59,832 nucleotides of DNA. Source: Candidatus Sumerlaeales bacterium. Its GTDB lineage: Bacteria; Sumerlaeota; Sumerlaeia; Sumerlaeales; Sumerlaeaceae. Position 1 is the stretch's first letter. Every line of letters starts with the position of its first letter. Below the pieces are notes generated by a model. It did not search any database, had not been told where the DNA came from, and saw nothing but the letters and a program-made list of their open reading frames with translations. The stretch spans positions 1 to 59,832 of the forward strand of contig JBBSQY010000018.1 in NCBI GenBank assembly GCA_038243585.1. The letters are read 5' to 3'. This document shows, piece by piece, positions 29,671 through 40,379 of the stretch. Made by a program: the position numbers and the translations under genes.

Positions 29671-30621
29671 ATGTCTATCAATTTCAAAAACATACTCCGC
29701 GCTCGCGCCCTCGAACTAGGCTTCCTCGATGCCCGCGTCGCCTCCGCCGCGCCGCCGCCCGCCGCCGGGGCCGCCTACCATGACTGGCTCGCCGCCGGTC
29801 ACCACGGCGAAATGTCCTACATGGAACGCCTCAGCGCCAAGCGCGCAGCCGGAGTAGAACACATCCTCCCCGGCGTAAAATCCGTAATAGTTCTGGCCGC
29901 GTCCTACTACTACCCCGAACACGAAACTCCACCCGCTAACACCACCCCCGCCACAGTCCGAGTGGCCCGCTACGCCCTCGGCCAAGACTACCACTACGTC
30001 CTCAAAGACCGCCTGGTCGATTTAATACAAACCCTCGACGCCAACCACCCTGGCCACCAATGGCGCGCCTGCACAGACTCCGCGCCACTCCTCGAACGAG
30101 CCTACGCCGCCGCCTCCGGTCTCGGATTCATCGGAAAAAACGCAATGCTCATCACATGGATGCAAGGCTCCTACACCCTCCTCGCCGAGATCCTGACCAC
30201 CGCAGAAATCGAACCCGACCCGCCTCGCGACGGCACCTGCGGCAACTGCACACGCTGCCTCGATGCCTGCCCCACCCAGGCATTCACCGGTCCCGGCGTC
30301 CTCGACGCCCGAAAATGCATCAGCTACCTCACCATCGAAAAGAAAACCGAACTACCCGACGCCGAATCCCAGGCAACAGGGGAGTGGGCCTTCGGCTGCG
30401 ACATCTGCCAGGACGTCTGCCCCTACAACAAAGCCCCCGAACAAAGCCAAATCCCAGATTTCGCCCCCGGCACAATTGTCAACGCCCGGGAGCAGCCCGA
30501 AACCTTCCTTGCCCCCCAGACCAACAGCCAGTTCGAACGCCGCTTCAAATCCAGCCCAATCCTGAGAGCCGGAAAAAAACGTCTCCAGGCACGACTAAAA
30601 AAGAAACTGGAAAACCGCTAA
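29671..30621 (+). CDS. queG: Epoxyqueuosine reductase
   Basis: ARYALGQDYH, DSAPLLER, GLGFIGKN, CGNCTRCLDACPT, CISYLTIE, FGCDICQDVCPYN; real start is probably the ATG at 29671. Confidence 0.95.
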   Translation: MSINFKNILRARALELGFLDARVASAAPPPAAGAAYHDWLAAGHHGEMSYMERLSAKRAAGVEHILPGVKSVIVLAASYYYPEHETPPANTTPATVRVARYALGQDYHYVLKDRLVDLIQTLDANHPGHQWRACTDSAPLLERAYAAASGLGFIGKNAMLITWMQGSYTLLAEILTTAEIEPDPPRDGTCGNCTRCLDACPTQAFTGPGVLDARKCISYLTIEKKTELPDAESQATGEWAFGCDICQDVCPYNKAPEQSQIPDFAPGTIVNAREQPETFLAPQTNSQFERRFKSSPILRAGKKRLQARLKKKLENR

Positions 30622-30660
30622 TAACCAGGAAAACAGACCCTGCCGCTCAACCGCCTCCTG

Positions 30661-30683
30661 GGAGCGCCGGCGTCCCCGCCGGC
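30661..30683 (+). repeat. REP-like palindrome with GGAG foot
   Basis: GGAG-C-GCCGGCG-TCCC-CGCCGGC, perfect 7-bp GC stem, no U tract. Confidence 0.55.
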
Positions 30684-31084
30684 CTAAGCTTAAGCGACCA
30701 GGGCAACGCCATTAAAGATTTAAATACCCAGAGTCCATCAGACCAACCCAAACCATCAAACCGCACCCAAACAAAACCTAAACGCTTTTCACCCATTTAC
30801 CCACGCCTGCGACCTGACAATAAATTTGAAAATTATCTATCTTGTCAATAAGATAATAAATTATTATATCATTACTATTGTCGCCTCTACTATTTCGCTT
30901 TTTCTCCTTCTTCTTTCCACCCAAATGGCACGCCCGCCCGATCCCCATTTAGAAATTTCTAAGCTATTTTTAAACGTTTTCATTTTTTTCTTGATTTTTA
31001 ACCACGCAAGCAGCGTATATCCAGACGAATTACAAAAGCATGTAGAAGCCAGTTAAACTCTACAGAGCTCGCGACACTGTTAAT

Positions 31085-31114
31085 TTGACATCTTCCATAA
31101 GGTTGCCCAATGAT
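31085..31114 (+). promoter_or_regulatory. Possible sigma-70 promoter for the minor pilin operon
   Basis: Perfect TTGACA, 18-nt spacer, AATGAT. Confidence 0.35.
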
Positions 31115-31193
31115 CCAAACCAAGGACATAACCGGGGCGCGACTTCGCCATAGCACTATGGCAATGGCGCGCATCTCCCGGAAACATAGGAAC

Positions 31194-31649
31194 GTGAAAT
31201 TCGTAAAATTTCCAGCGTCTACCAAACGGGCTTTCTCCCTTGTGGAAGTAATGATCTGCCTGATTATCGTACTAGCCGCAGCCATCGGCACTATTAGCGC
31301 AATCACTTATACCCGCCTCAACCTCGAACTCGAAAAACAACGCCTTGCCGCCCTCGGTTATTGCCGTCAGGCTATGGAAGCGGTTCAGTCACTTGACACA
31401 GCTTCGGCAGGTACAAAAATGCTGGTGCCTTTTAACTCTCCAGGAATTGAAGATCTAAACGCACAACTCAAGGTTGAGTACTTTGCTTTAAATAACGACG
31501 GTACCGTTAAGTGGAGTTCTCCTCTCGGAGGTCCCGCTGTTAATAGACCAGTCTATGCCCGGGTGTCTGTACAATGGGTCCCGTACGGTTCTATCGCCCG
31601 TAATCAAGAAGTCGCCATGTCTACTATTGTGACAAGGGGGATCGACTGA
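31194..31649 (+). CDS. PilV/GspI-like minor pilin
   Basis: KRA|FSLVEVMICLIIVLAAAIG prepilin motif; GTG at 31194 after TAGGA (track start 31110). Confidence 0.8.
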   Translation: MKFVKFPASTKRAFSLVEVMICLIIVLAAAIGTISAITYTRLNLELEKQRLAALGYCRQAMEAVQSLDTASAGTKMLVPFNSPGIEDLNAQLKVEYFALNNDGTVKWSSPLGGPAVNRPVYARVSVQWVPYGSIARNQEVAMSTIVTRGID

Positions 31650-32284
31650 TGATTAAACGTGTCTATCGACGAAACCAAGGTGTCACTCTTGTCGAAACCG
31701 CTGTTTCAATAGGTATAATGGCTTTAATGTTCGTTGCCCTTGCCTATTTGGTTATCATGACTGGACGAAATAGCGTGCTGGTTAGCGAACAGGCGCTCTC
31801 TCAAAATCAGGCCGCATCCGCTGCAGAACGTATAACCAACACAGTCCGGAACGCTGCCCTTATTAAACCAATTGGTGCGGATAACAAGGCAACAACCCTG
31901 TCTCAAATTCTTTTCGAAACTCCTGATCCTACTAAGGCCAGTGGCTTTAGAACGGGAGCTATCCTGTTTAAGGAGGCTACACCGGGAAAATCAGACGGTG
32001 TTATTAAAATATTTGAAAATTACACAGCAGGCACCACCAAAACCGCCAAGGGCGATCAAGAATTTAAGGGAATCCAGAATTTTGGGATTAACTATCGGAC
32101 ATCAACGTGGATGACCATCCGGATTTTCTACTCGTATCGAAGCTACATGAACTTCGCATCCCACGATAACGATAACAACAAGAAGCTGGCCGGCGAGTTT
32201 ATCACAGACGTAATAGCTAAAAACCATCATCCAGGAGAAAGCGGTCATTATGCGGAAACAACTACGTCCTTATTCCTGCTTTAA
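31649..32284 (+). CDS. PilW/GspJ-like minor pilin
   Basis: RRNQG|VTLVETAVSIGIMALMF; TGATG coupling to the upstream gene. Confidence 0.8.
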   Translation: MIKRVYRRNQGVTLVETAVSIGIMALMFVALAYLVIMTGRNSVLVSEQALSQNQAASAAERITNTVRNAALIKPIGADNKATTLSQILFETPDPTKASGFRTGAILFKEATPGKSDGVIKIFENYTAGTTKTAKGDQEFKGIQNFGINYRTSTWMTIRIFYSYRSYMNFASHDNDNNKKLAGEFITDVIAKNHHPGESGHYAETTTSLFLL

Positions 32285-34172
32285 TAGTAGGCGGGCATCG
32301 GCAATTATCGGCGCCTTAGTAATTACGGGTATTGTCGCCCTGGCAGTGGGAATTATGCTTTCCACCACAAGAACGGCTATTCGCCGATCTGCTGACAGGC
32401 TTACTTATGAAGAAGCTTACCAGGCGGCGCTCGCAGGCACTCACATAGCGCGGGCATGGTTGGTCGATCCACCCCTGGTTGGCACAATGTCGGGAAATTT
32501 TTCCAATGGTAAAAATGCTTCGACGACTCAGGCTGACATTCAGAACCTGGTGGACAGAGCGACGGCAATGAACAAAACTATTTCAACTGAAGTTGCGGCT
32601 AAGCTGCTTGCGAAACTTCCAATCACCAACATGAACCTCTACGGTACCAGCCGCTACGCGACGGCGGGATTTACCATTCCGAACACTTCACTTTCGGGAG
32701 GACGAAAGCTACTTTATCATATTCCGTGCAATCCACTGGTTACGCTTATTAACAACGCAGGCCAACCGAAATTTACCAAAAACTTGTTTCAAGGAACTCC
32801 TGCCGGGGGGCACAAAAACTATGTTGAGTGGGTGCGTATCACCACGCCCGGCACCGATGCGGAAACGTCCGCGTCTTTAAGGGAAACTACATTCATAGTT
32901 GAAGCAAAAGGCGTAAGCGAGTACGCAGGGGTTAAAAAAGAGCGCGTAGTACAGCAGAGAATATTAATCAAGCCTAATAAGCCCGGCGAACCCCTTTTAA
33001 GTGCCACTGAATCGATATTGACCGGTGGAGCTTTCTCTGCACAATCGATGAGCAGCGGCAATGTCCATTGGGGACCGGTTCTTGCAAAGGGTGATATTAC
33101 AAACCCTTTTATAAATATTTTTACGCAAACAACTCAAGGGAAATTGTTTAAGGGCTGGGAGCTTACGTTTAAGCAAAGCCAGAAGGCGAACATGGCTGGC
33201 GCTGGTGTGGCAGAGAGCGGCAATAATGGTTCTAACTTTAACGGGATTCTTGATACCAAGCTCCAGTGGAAGACGGGCGTTAATGGAAAGATCTATGGGT
33301 ATCAAGGCGAATATATGTTTAAAAATTTGTTCCCCCAGCCAGTTGGAGAATTCGATTTTTTTAAGTCTCTCTTGGCCGGGACACTGAACATTGGACTTAC
33401 TCCCATTAATAAAAATAATCTTGAACTCGATTCTGCGTTTACTGATAGGGGCACCGATTTGACGAACCCATTAAAGTATAACGGTCTCTATGATACTGCC
33501 CTCGGCAGCGGAGCAATGGTTCAAAAATCTCCTTCTGTTGACACTAGAATAAACAGCTTTTTTGGAGATGTAAATTACGAAAAACTGAAAACCTATGCCC
33601 AATCACATGACGCTTACTATACTTGGAATGGTTCCACTCTGAAAAATGCTGCAGGGACAGTTGTTAGTATGCCAACCATGACCCCCGGAAATACTGATAC
33701 TCTTGCAGCCAATGCCGTTTCTGACAGAATGCTTTTTGTGGATAGTGTGGCAGGAACAGAAGCGACTCCCTTTACAAAAGCAGTACAGTTGCCCGCCTTT
33801 TGGAAAGGCGTGGTGTACGCAAATGGCCCTATTGAAACTTCTGGTGCCGGGAGTGCTCCTAACATAATTATGAGAAGTCCCGAGCAGTTTACTCAGTTTA
33901 GACAATACGGAAGTTCAACACCTGCCCCAAAGGAAGGAAATGGGGTTTTTGTGGATGGAATTGTAATTTGCAACGGGACAGCTGATCTCGGAGCAAACGG
34001 TGCAATATACGGAACTTTAGCTGCCAAAACTGGAGTTATAACCGGCGCAAATTTTAGCATTTTTTACAACTCCGCTAATGGTGAAGGTCGGATGAAAGAC
34101 ACTTCTACGGGAGCGCAGCCTTATAATCTGATTGCCGGGAAACTTTATGAAACTAAAGTTCCGTCAAGCTAA
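32250..34172 (+). CDS. PilX/GspK-like minor pilin with large C-terminal domain
   Basis: RRA|SAIIGALVITGIVALAVG (no Glu5); AYQAALAG; FIVEAKG..KERVV; C-terminal GVVYANG / GIVICNG / IYGTL beta-helix-like repeats. Confidence 0.75.
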   Translation: MRKQLRPYSCFNSRRASAIIGALVITGIVALAVGIMLSTTRTAIRRSADRLTYEEAYQAALAGTHIARAWLVDPPLVGTMSGNFSNGKNASTTQADIQNLVDRATAMNKTISTEVAAKLLAKLPITNMNLYGTSRYATAGFTIPNTSLSGGRKLLYHIPCNPLVTLINNAGQPKFTKNLFQGTPAGGHKNYVEWVRITTPGTDAETSASLRETTFIVEAKGVSEYAGVKKERVVQQRILIKPNKPGEPLLSATESILTGGAFSAQSMSSGNVHWGPVLAKGDITNPFINIFTQTTQGKLFKGWELTFKQSQKANMAGAGVAESGNNGSNFNGILDTKLQWKTGVNGKIYGYQGEYMFKNLFPQPVGEFDFFKSLLAGTLNIGLTPINKNNLELDSAFTDRGTDLTNPLKYNGLYDTALGSGAMVQKSPSVDTRINSFFGDVNYEKLKTYAQSHDAYYTWNGSTLKNAAGTVVSMPTMTPGNTDTLAANAVSDRMLFVDSVAGTEATPFTKAVQLPAFWKGVVYANGPIETSGAGSAPNIIMRSPEQFTQFRQYGSSTPAPKEGNGVFVDGIVICNGTADLGANGAIYGTLAAKTGVITGANFSIFYNSANGEGRMKDTSTGAQPYNLIAGKLYETKVPSS

Positions 34173-34206
34173 CTGTTTCTGACGCAACCTCTCTAAAATA
34201 AGCGCA

Positions 34207-34246
34207 AAACAAGCGCAACGGAAGTAATCCTTCCGTTGCGCTTTTT
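34207..34246. terminator. Terminator, probably bidirectional, between the pilX-like gene and metH
   Basis: Perfect 14-bp stem AAGCGCAACGGAAG-TAATC-CTTCCGTTGCGCTT with A-rich 5' and T-rich 3' flanks. Confidence 0.85.
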
Positions 34247-34272
34247 ATATTAAAGCCATTCAGTAATGAAAG

Positions 34273-37200
34273 TTAGTAATTCAAATTAGGCGCCAGCCAC
34301 CGCTCCGTGTCCTCCACGGTCATCCCTTTTCGTGCAGCGTAATCTTCCACCTGATCTTTACCGATCTTGCTGACCGGGAAATATTTCGCGTCCGGATGTG
34401 CGAAATACAGACCGCTCACGGATGCGCCAGGGTGCATGGCACAGCTCTCTGTTAAGGTAATCCCTACCCGGTTTTCCGCGTCCAGAAGATTAAATAGCGT
34501 GAACTTCTCCGTATGATCCGGGCTCGCAGGATACCCCGCCGCCGGGCGGATACCTCGGTACTTCTCGTTGATCAAATCCTCACAACTCAAATCCTCGTTC
34601 GCCCCGAATCCCCATTCATCCCGCACCCGCTTATGCAGCATTTCAGCGCAGCCTTCGGCAAACCGGTCCGCCAGCGCCTTGATCAGAATCGCCGTATGGT
34701 CATCGTTGTCTTCGCGGTATTTTGCCGCTTCCTCATCCGCGTTATGCCCGCCGGTCACTGCAAACGCACCCATGTAATCTTTCCGACCGGAATCCTTGGG
34801 TGCGATGAAATCCGCCAGGGACACGTTTGGCCGCCCACCGGAAGTAACGCCCTGGGCGCGCAGCATGCGGAACGTCGTCAGGACTTCTGTGCGTGAATCA
34901 TCAGTATATAGCTCCACATCGTCCCCCACGGAATTAGCCGGCCACATCCCATAAACCGCGCTGGCATGGAGCAGCTTCTTCTCCATGATCATCTTAAGCA
35001 CGACCTGTGCATCCGCCCAAAGTTCCGTAGCCGCTTCACCCACCACGGGATCCTTCAAAATTTGTGGATACCGCCCGCGCAACTCCCACGCATGGAAGAA
35101 TGGCGACCAGTCGATAAATGGAAGAATGTCTTCCAGTGGCACTGGATCGATCACCCTCACCCCGGTAAACGAAGGTACCGGAATATCAACCGTCGCCCAG
35201 TCCGTCTGCTGGCGATTCGCCCGTGCGTCTTCTAATGACAACAGTGTGCGGGCTTTCTTACCAGAAGCATATTTCTCGGCAATTGCCTCATATTCCGCTT
35301 TTGTTTTTTCGACAAAGGCGGCTTTATTATCAGCACTGAGCAGGCTACTCGCCACGCCCACCACCCGGCTGGCATCCAATACATAGGTCGTCGGCCCGCT
35401 GGTGTAGGCCGGGGCGACCTTTACCGCCGTGTGATCTTTGCTGGTGGTCGCGCCGCCGATGAGCAGGGGAATGGTGAAACCCTCCCTCGTCAGCTCTTTA
35501 GCCACATGAACCATCTCGTCTAAACTTGGCGTAATTAGCCCCGACAGCCCAACCAGGTCCGCGTTATGCTCCCGAATCGCCGCCAGAATTTTATCGCTGG
35601 AAACCATCACGCCAAGATCAATGACTTCATAATTGTTACATCCAAGCACTACGCCCACAATGTTCTTGCCGATGTCATGAACATCGCCCTTAACCGTCGC
35701 CATAACAACAACGCCCTGGTTCTTGCGACCGCCCCCGCCCCCGGCAGCTTTTTCAGCCTCCATAAACGGCAGCAGAATCGCAACGCCCTTTTTCATGACC
35801 CGGGCGCTTTTAACCACCTGAGGAAGGAACATCTTGCCTGATCCAAACAAATCGCCCACAATGGCCATACCAGCCATTAAAGGCCCTTCGATCACATCCA
35901 GGGGCCGCGCATACTTCTGCCGCGCTTCTTCTACGTCCGCTTCCACGAAGTCGACAATGCCCTTCACCAGCGCGTGAGACAGCCGATCTTCTACCGAACC
36001 CCGACGCCAGGCGTCGTCTTTTACTCCGGCGACTTTTTCCTTTTTATAGGATTCTGCAAAATCTACCAATCTTTCCGTAGCGTCCGGCCTGCGATTGAGC
36101 AGCACATCTTCCACCAGTTCAAGCAGATCCTTAGGCACTTCATCGTAAACCTCAAGCATACCGGCGTTTACGATGCCCATATCCAGTCCGGCTCGGATGG
36201 CATGATACAAAAAGGCTGAGTGGATTGCTTCCCGAACCGGATTATTGCCGCGAAACGAAAACGACACGTTAGATATACCGCCGCTCACCTTAGCCAGCGG
36301 CAGGTTTTCCTTGATCCATGCTGTGCTCTCGATAAACGAGCGGGCATAGTCGTTGTGCTCATCCATACCCGTCGCCACCGTCAGCACGTTGGGATCGAAA
36401 ATAATATCCTGCGGCGGAAAGCCAATGTCATCCACTAGGATTCGATACGCTCGGGTGCAGATTTCTTTACGCCGCTCCGTATTGTCGGCCTGGCCCTGTT
36501 CGTCAAAGGCCATTACGATGACAGCCGCGCCATAGCGCCGGACGATCTTCGCCTGCCGGCGAAATTCCTCTTCGCCCTCTTTCAGGCTGATGGAATTGAC
36601 GATGCCTTTACCTTGGATGCACTGGAGCCCAATTTCAATTACAGACCAGCGGCTGCTGTCGATCATGATCGGCACACGCGCGACTTCCGGCTCGGCGCCC
36701 ACAAGGTTCAGGAACTGGCGCATTGCCGCTTCGCTGTCCAGCATCCCCTCATCCATATTAATATCGATGATGGCCGCGCCGTTTTCCACCTGCTGGCGCG
36801 CGACGGCGATGGCCTGTTCGTATTCCCCGCCTAATATCAGCTTTTTAAACTTGGGGCTACCCGTAATGTTAGTGCGCTCGCCGATATTTACAAAATTGGT
36901 TTCTTCTCGAATGACCAGGGGATCCATGCCGCTGAGCCGGGTGTACGCCTTCGGCTCAGAAGGCTGGCGCGGGGCGATGTCTTTCAGCGCTGCCGCGATC
37001 GCTTCGATATGTTCCGGCGTCGTGCCACAGCAGCCGCCTGCAATATTCAGCCAGCCCTCCCGTGCAAACTCCGCCAGGAAACCCGCCGTCGCTTCTGGGG
37101 TCAGGTCAAACCCTCCCATGGCATTTGGAAGCCCCGCATTTGGATAACACGATACATAGCAATCCGCCAGATCGTGAAGATCATTAACAAACGGCCGCAT

Positions 37201-37962
37201 TTCTGCCGGCCCGAGGGCGCAGTTCAGGCCAACCGATAGCAGCGGAAAGTGGTGGACGGAATACCAGAAAGCCTCGGCACCCTGGCCAGACAAATTACGC
37301 CCAGACTTATCAATAATCGTCAGCGATGCCATCACCGGCAATTCTTTGCCGGTCTCTTCGAACACCTCGGCAATCGCTACCAACGCCGCCTTGGCCACCG
37401 CTGTATCAAAGATCGTCTCAACCAGCAGCAGATCAACGCCGCCATCCATCAGCGCCTTGATCTGCGTCTTATAAGCCGCAACAAATTCCGGAAACATAGC
37501 CGCGCGATACGAAGGATCGTTCACATCCGTAGCAACGGAAAGAGAACGATTTGTGGGTCCGATGGCTCCCGCTACAAAACGCGGCTTCGACGGGTCGGCC
37601 GCCGTCGCCTCATCCGCAGCCTCGCGGGCAAGCCTGGCAGCAGACATATTAATTTCGACAACCAGGTCTTCCATGCCATAATCCGCCATGGAAATCACTT
37701 GCGCGTTAAACGTGTTAGTCTCCGCAATGTCAGCCCCGGCCTTGAAATACTGGCTGTGAATGTCGCGGATGATATCCGGGCGCGTCAGGTTCAAAAGCTC
37801 ATTGTTGCCACGCACATCCCGGTGATAATCCTTAAATCTGTCGCCGCGATAATCGGCTTCTTCCAGTTTATAGCGCTGGATAACGGTGCCCATGGCACCG
37901 TCAAGGATGAGGATACGCTTTTTGAGCAGTTCTTCAATTGGATGAGATGTACGTTTTAACAT
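34273..37962 (-). CDS. metH: Cobalamin-dependent methionine synthase
   Basis: [39 protein letters not shown]-terminal reactivation domain ending WLAPNL. Confidence 0.98.
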   Translation of the reverse strand: MLKRTSHPIEELLKKRILILDGAMGTVIQRYKLEEADYRGDRFKDYHRDVRGNNELLNLTRPDIIRDIHSQYFKAGADIAETNTFNAQVISMADYGMEDLVVEINMSAARLAREAADEATAADPSKPRFVAGAIGPTNRSLSVATDVNDPSYRAAMFPEFVAAYKTQIKALMDGGVDLLLVETIFDTAVAKAALVAIAEVFEETGKELPVMASLTIIDKSGRNLSGQGAEAFWYSVHHFPLLSVGLNCALGPAEMRPFVNDLHDLADCYVSCYPNAGLPNAMGGFDLTPEATAGFLAEFAREGWLNIAGGCCGTTPEHIEAIAAALKDIAPRQPSEPKAYTRLSGMDPLVIREETNFVNIGERTNITGSPKFKKLILGGEYEQAIAVARQQVENGAAIIDINMDEGMLDSEAAMRQFLNLVGAEPEVARVPIMIDSSRWSVIEIGLQCIQGKGIVNSISLKEGEEEFRRQAKIVRRYGAAVIVMAFDEQGQADNTERRKEICTRAYRILVDDIGFPPQDIIFDPNVLTVATGMDEHNDYARSFIESTAWIKENLPLAKVSGGISNVSFSFRGNNPVREAIHSAFLYHAIRAGLDMGIVNAGMLEVYDEVPKDLLELVEDVLLNRRPDATERLVDFAESYKKEKVAGVKDDAWRRGSVEDRLSHALVKGIVDFVEADVEEARQKYARPLDVIEGPLMAGMAIVGDLFGSGKMFLPQVVKSARVMKKGVAILLPFMEAEKAAGGGGGRKNQGVVVMATVKGDVHDIGKNIVGVVLGCNNYEVIDLGVMVSSDKILAAIREHNADLVGLSGLITPSLDEMVHVAKELTREGFTIPLLIGGATTSKDHTAVKVAPAYTSGPTTYVLDASRVVGVASSLLSADNKAAFVEKTKAEYEAIAEKYASGKKARTLLSLEDARANRQQTDWATVDIPVPSFTGVRVIDPVPLEDILPFIDWSPFFHAWELRGRYPQILKDPVVGEAATELWADAQVVLKMIMEKKLLHASAVYGMWPANSVGDDVELYTDDSRTEVLTTFRMLRAQGVTSGGRPNVSLADFIAPKDSGRKDYMGAFAVTGGHNADEEAAKYREDNDDHTAILIKALADRFAEGCAEMLHKRVRDEWGFGANEDLSCEDLINEKYRGIRPAAGYPASPDHTEKFTLFNLLDAENRVGITLTESCAMHPGASVSGLYFAHPDAKYFPVSKIGKDQVEDYAARKGMTVEDTERWLAPNLNY

Positions 37963-38202
37963 AATATCACCGCTACAACGACAGCGCGGTTATGATCAAA
38001 GGGAATTATTTATGCCTTGATCAAATGCAGGGCGCAGCCTGTAACACAGCCACAGAATAATAAAAATGGCGGGTTCAAATTTCAGCGATACCAATGAAGC
38101 GTCCATACTCCACATCTCCAACCTTGCAAAAATACCCAGGATTACCCCAACGTGTATTTCACAAACGTGTTCGAGTGCCCTGATATACACATCACCCGTC
38201 CT

Positions 38203-38229
38203 GGAGTGCGTGCGGCCTGCCGCCGCCTT
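38203..38229 (+). repeat. Second REP-like palindrome with GGAG foot
   Basis: GGAG-T-GCG-T-GCGG-CCTG-CCGC-CGC-CTT, imperfect GC hairpin in intergenic DNA. Confidence 0.45.
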
Positions 38230-38300
38230 GTTCCTGCGCTGAGTGCACCGCTTTTCATATAGAATAATGATTAACACCAAAAGGATGTAACGACCTAAAC

Positions 38301-39125
38301 GTGACCGACGACCAACCATCATCCACCAACATTCCGCCAGAGAACCGACGACAGCTCATTGAAATCAACGAGTCCGACCTCCTGGCCGCAATCCATAGCG
38401 AGCCGATGCTCGCCCAGCGCCCGGAAAACGAATGCCAACTATTCGCCCACCTTATCCGCCTCGTTCTCGAGGGGCAGTCGCGCATGAACCTCTCCGCAAT
38501 ACGAGACCCACGGGCCATGGTGCGACATCTGGTGGCCGATGCAATGGCCCTCGCCCTTGCCGCTGAAGAGTTTCCCGTGCGACGACCCGCCATTCAAAGG
38601 GCTGCCGATATAGGCACCGGAGCCGGCTTCCCTCTGCTGCCAATGGCAATTATATGGCCAGAGACCCATTGGACCGGCATCGAATCAGTTAAGAAAAAAG
38701 CTGCCTTTGTCGAGGCGACTGCGATGGCACTGGGACTGCAAAACGTAGAGGTTGTGGCGGAACGCGCCGAAGACATCGGGCGGGGGAGTGGTCGCGAGGA
38801 GTTCGATTTGGTAACCTCACGAGCCGTAGGTCCAGTATCGTCGTTGCTTGAAGTAGGATTACCGCTCCTGAATGAGGGCGGAAGGCTATACCTTTTTAAA
38901 ACCGAAGGTGCGCTGGAAGAATGGCGCAGCTGCGAGGAGGCTTCAAAAATGCTGGGAGGCGCCGCTGTCGGAGAATATCCCTACAGCCTTCCCGATGACG
39001 AACAGGCGCGAATGATCTTTGTGGTGGAGAAAGTCGAACCAACGCCCAGGGCTTACCCGCGTCCCGCTGGAGCCCCCTTTAAAAAACCCCTGGTGCAGAA
39101 GTCCGAAGGCGGCAGCCCCAGGTGA
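38301..39125 (+). CDS. rsmG: 16S rRNA m7G527 methyltransferase
   Basis: MNLSAIRD, HLVAD, DIGTGAGFP, ESVKKKAAF, RAED, VTSRAV, YPRPAG. Confidence 0.93.
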   Translation: MTDDQPSSTNIPPENRRQLIEINESDLLAAIHSEPMLAQRPENECQLFAHLIRLVLEGQSRMNLSAIRDPRAMVRHLVADAMALALAAEEFPVRRPAIQRAADIGTGAGFPLLPMAIIWPETHWTGIESVKKKAAFVEATAMALGLQNVEVVAERAEDIGRGSGREEFDLVTSRAVGPVSSLLEVGLPLLNEGGRLYLFKTEGALEEWRSCEEASKMLGGAAVGEYPYSLPDDEQARMIFVVEKVEPTPRAYPRPAGAPFKKPLVQKSEGGSPR

Positions 39126-40357
39126 AAACCCTGCGGGTGGTTCATATAACGCCAAGCGTTAGGCTGCTCGGAGCACGGCGCAGCTTGCTGAGCCTTGTAA
39201 AACACCTGGTGGGAACCCGGGTTGAGTCACTTGTAATAGTGCCAGCGCAGGGCGCTCTGACAGAAGAACTGGATCGCCTTAACATACCCTGGAAAGTCGT
39301 TTATCTGCCCCCCTGGCGAAAGGGTAAAAGCTGGCTCTCAATGGCAAAGCAAGTGCTGGAACTGCGACGAGTGATCACGGAATTTGGGGCGGATGTGGTT
39401 CATTGTAACGAAATCTATCCCAATCCTCACGCTCTGGTGGCGACTGCCGGCGGCGGCGTGCGAATGGAACTGATCAGCCGGTTCCTGCAACGGCGGCCAC
39501 TGAGGGCGCAGAAAGTTCCCGTAGTCACCCACATGCGCCTGTCCGTAAACCATCGACTTATCCGGAATTACTACCTTGCAGACGCCACCCGCCTAATCGC
39601 CGTCTCCCACGGCGCGGCCGCCGATTTTGACGGATTTGCCTGGACGGACGGGCTGGTCAGAGTAGTATATAACGGCCTCGATTTCGACCCGTTCACCGCG
39701 GCCAGAGAGCAGCGGGACGACATTCGAGCGGAGCTAGGATATAAACCCGAAAACTTCGTCGTGGCTCAAATAGGCTTGATGATGCCGCGAAAACGACCAA
39801 AATTTCTCATAGATGCGGCCTGGGAAATACTTCAACGGGTACCTGAAGCCCGATTTTTGTTCATAGGAGATGCTAGTCCCCGACAGCAGGCTTATCTGGA
39901 CGAATTGAAGGCGCTCGTGCAGGAAAAGGGACTCAACGATGTTACGACATTTCTACCATTCCAGAACGAGATAGCCCCCTATTTTGCCGCGTCCGACCTA
40001 AATATGCTGGTAAGCGACGAGGAAGGATTTGGCAGGGTAATCCTGGAGGCAGCCGCTACCGGAGCGCCAACTGTTGGAAGTCGTGTCGGGGGGATTCCGG
40101 AACTGATCGAAGACGGAGAAACTGGCTACCTATTGGGAGTTCCCGGAGCCGATGACGTATCTTTCTGGAGAGGAACCGGCGCTTTCGCTGGCATTGTCGA
40201 GCGGCTGGCAAATGATGCTGCTCTTCGGGAGAAAATGGGCAATTCAGCCCGGGAACACGCCCTTAAAAACTTTGGTCTGGATCAGTACGTTGATGGCGTA
40301 GCATCCGTCTTTGAAGAGGCAGTGGGGGAGTTCAACGCCAGGCGAGATCAGTGGTAG
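39122..40357 (+). CDS. GT4 family glycosyltransferase
   Basis: GARRSL, VVYNG, EEGFGRVILEAAA, GGIPELIEDGETG. Confidence 0.9.
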   Translation: MKTLRVVHITPSVRLLGARRSLLSLVKHLVGTRVESLVIVPAQGALTEELDRLNIPWKVVYLPPWRKGKSWLSMAKQVLELRRVITEFGADVVHCNEIYPNPHALVATAGGGVRMELISRFLQRRPLRAQKVPVVTHMRLSVNHRLIRNYYLADATRLIAVSHGAAADFDGFAWTDGLVRVVYNGLDFDPFTAAREQRDDIRAELGYKPENFVVAQIGLMMPRKRPKFLIDAAWEILQRVPEARFLFIGDASPRQQAYLDELKALVQEKGLNDVTTFLPFQNEIAPYFAASDLNMLVSDEEGFGRVILEAAATGAPTVGSRVGGIPELIEDGETGYLLGVPGADDVSFWRGTGAFAGIVERLANDAALREKMGNSAREHALKNFGLDQYVDGVASVFEEAVGEFNARRDQW

Positions 40358-40379
40358 GGCCTAAATACAGTCAGAACAC

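Noticed and set aside
30060..30851. 263-aa alternative-frame ORF overlapping queG, and similar Pro/Arg/His-rich ORFs at 28-30.6 kb
   Set aside because: These are artefacts of the T/G-poor + strand, which depletes stop codons
30926..30942. Sigma-54 promoter TGGCACG upstream of the pilin operon
   Set aside because: No GC at the required -12 position
37963..38322. Cobalamin/SAM/SAH riboswitch before metH, and the 108-aa ORF 37996..38322
   Set aside because: Only a TGATCA-flanked hairpin is present, with no B12 box or SAM/SAH core motifs; the ORF overlaps the rsmG start and the REP-like element and has no recognisable features
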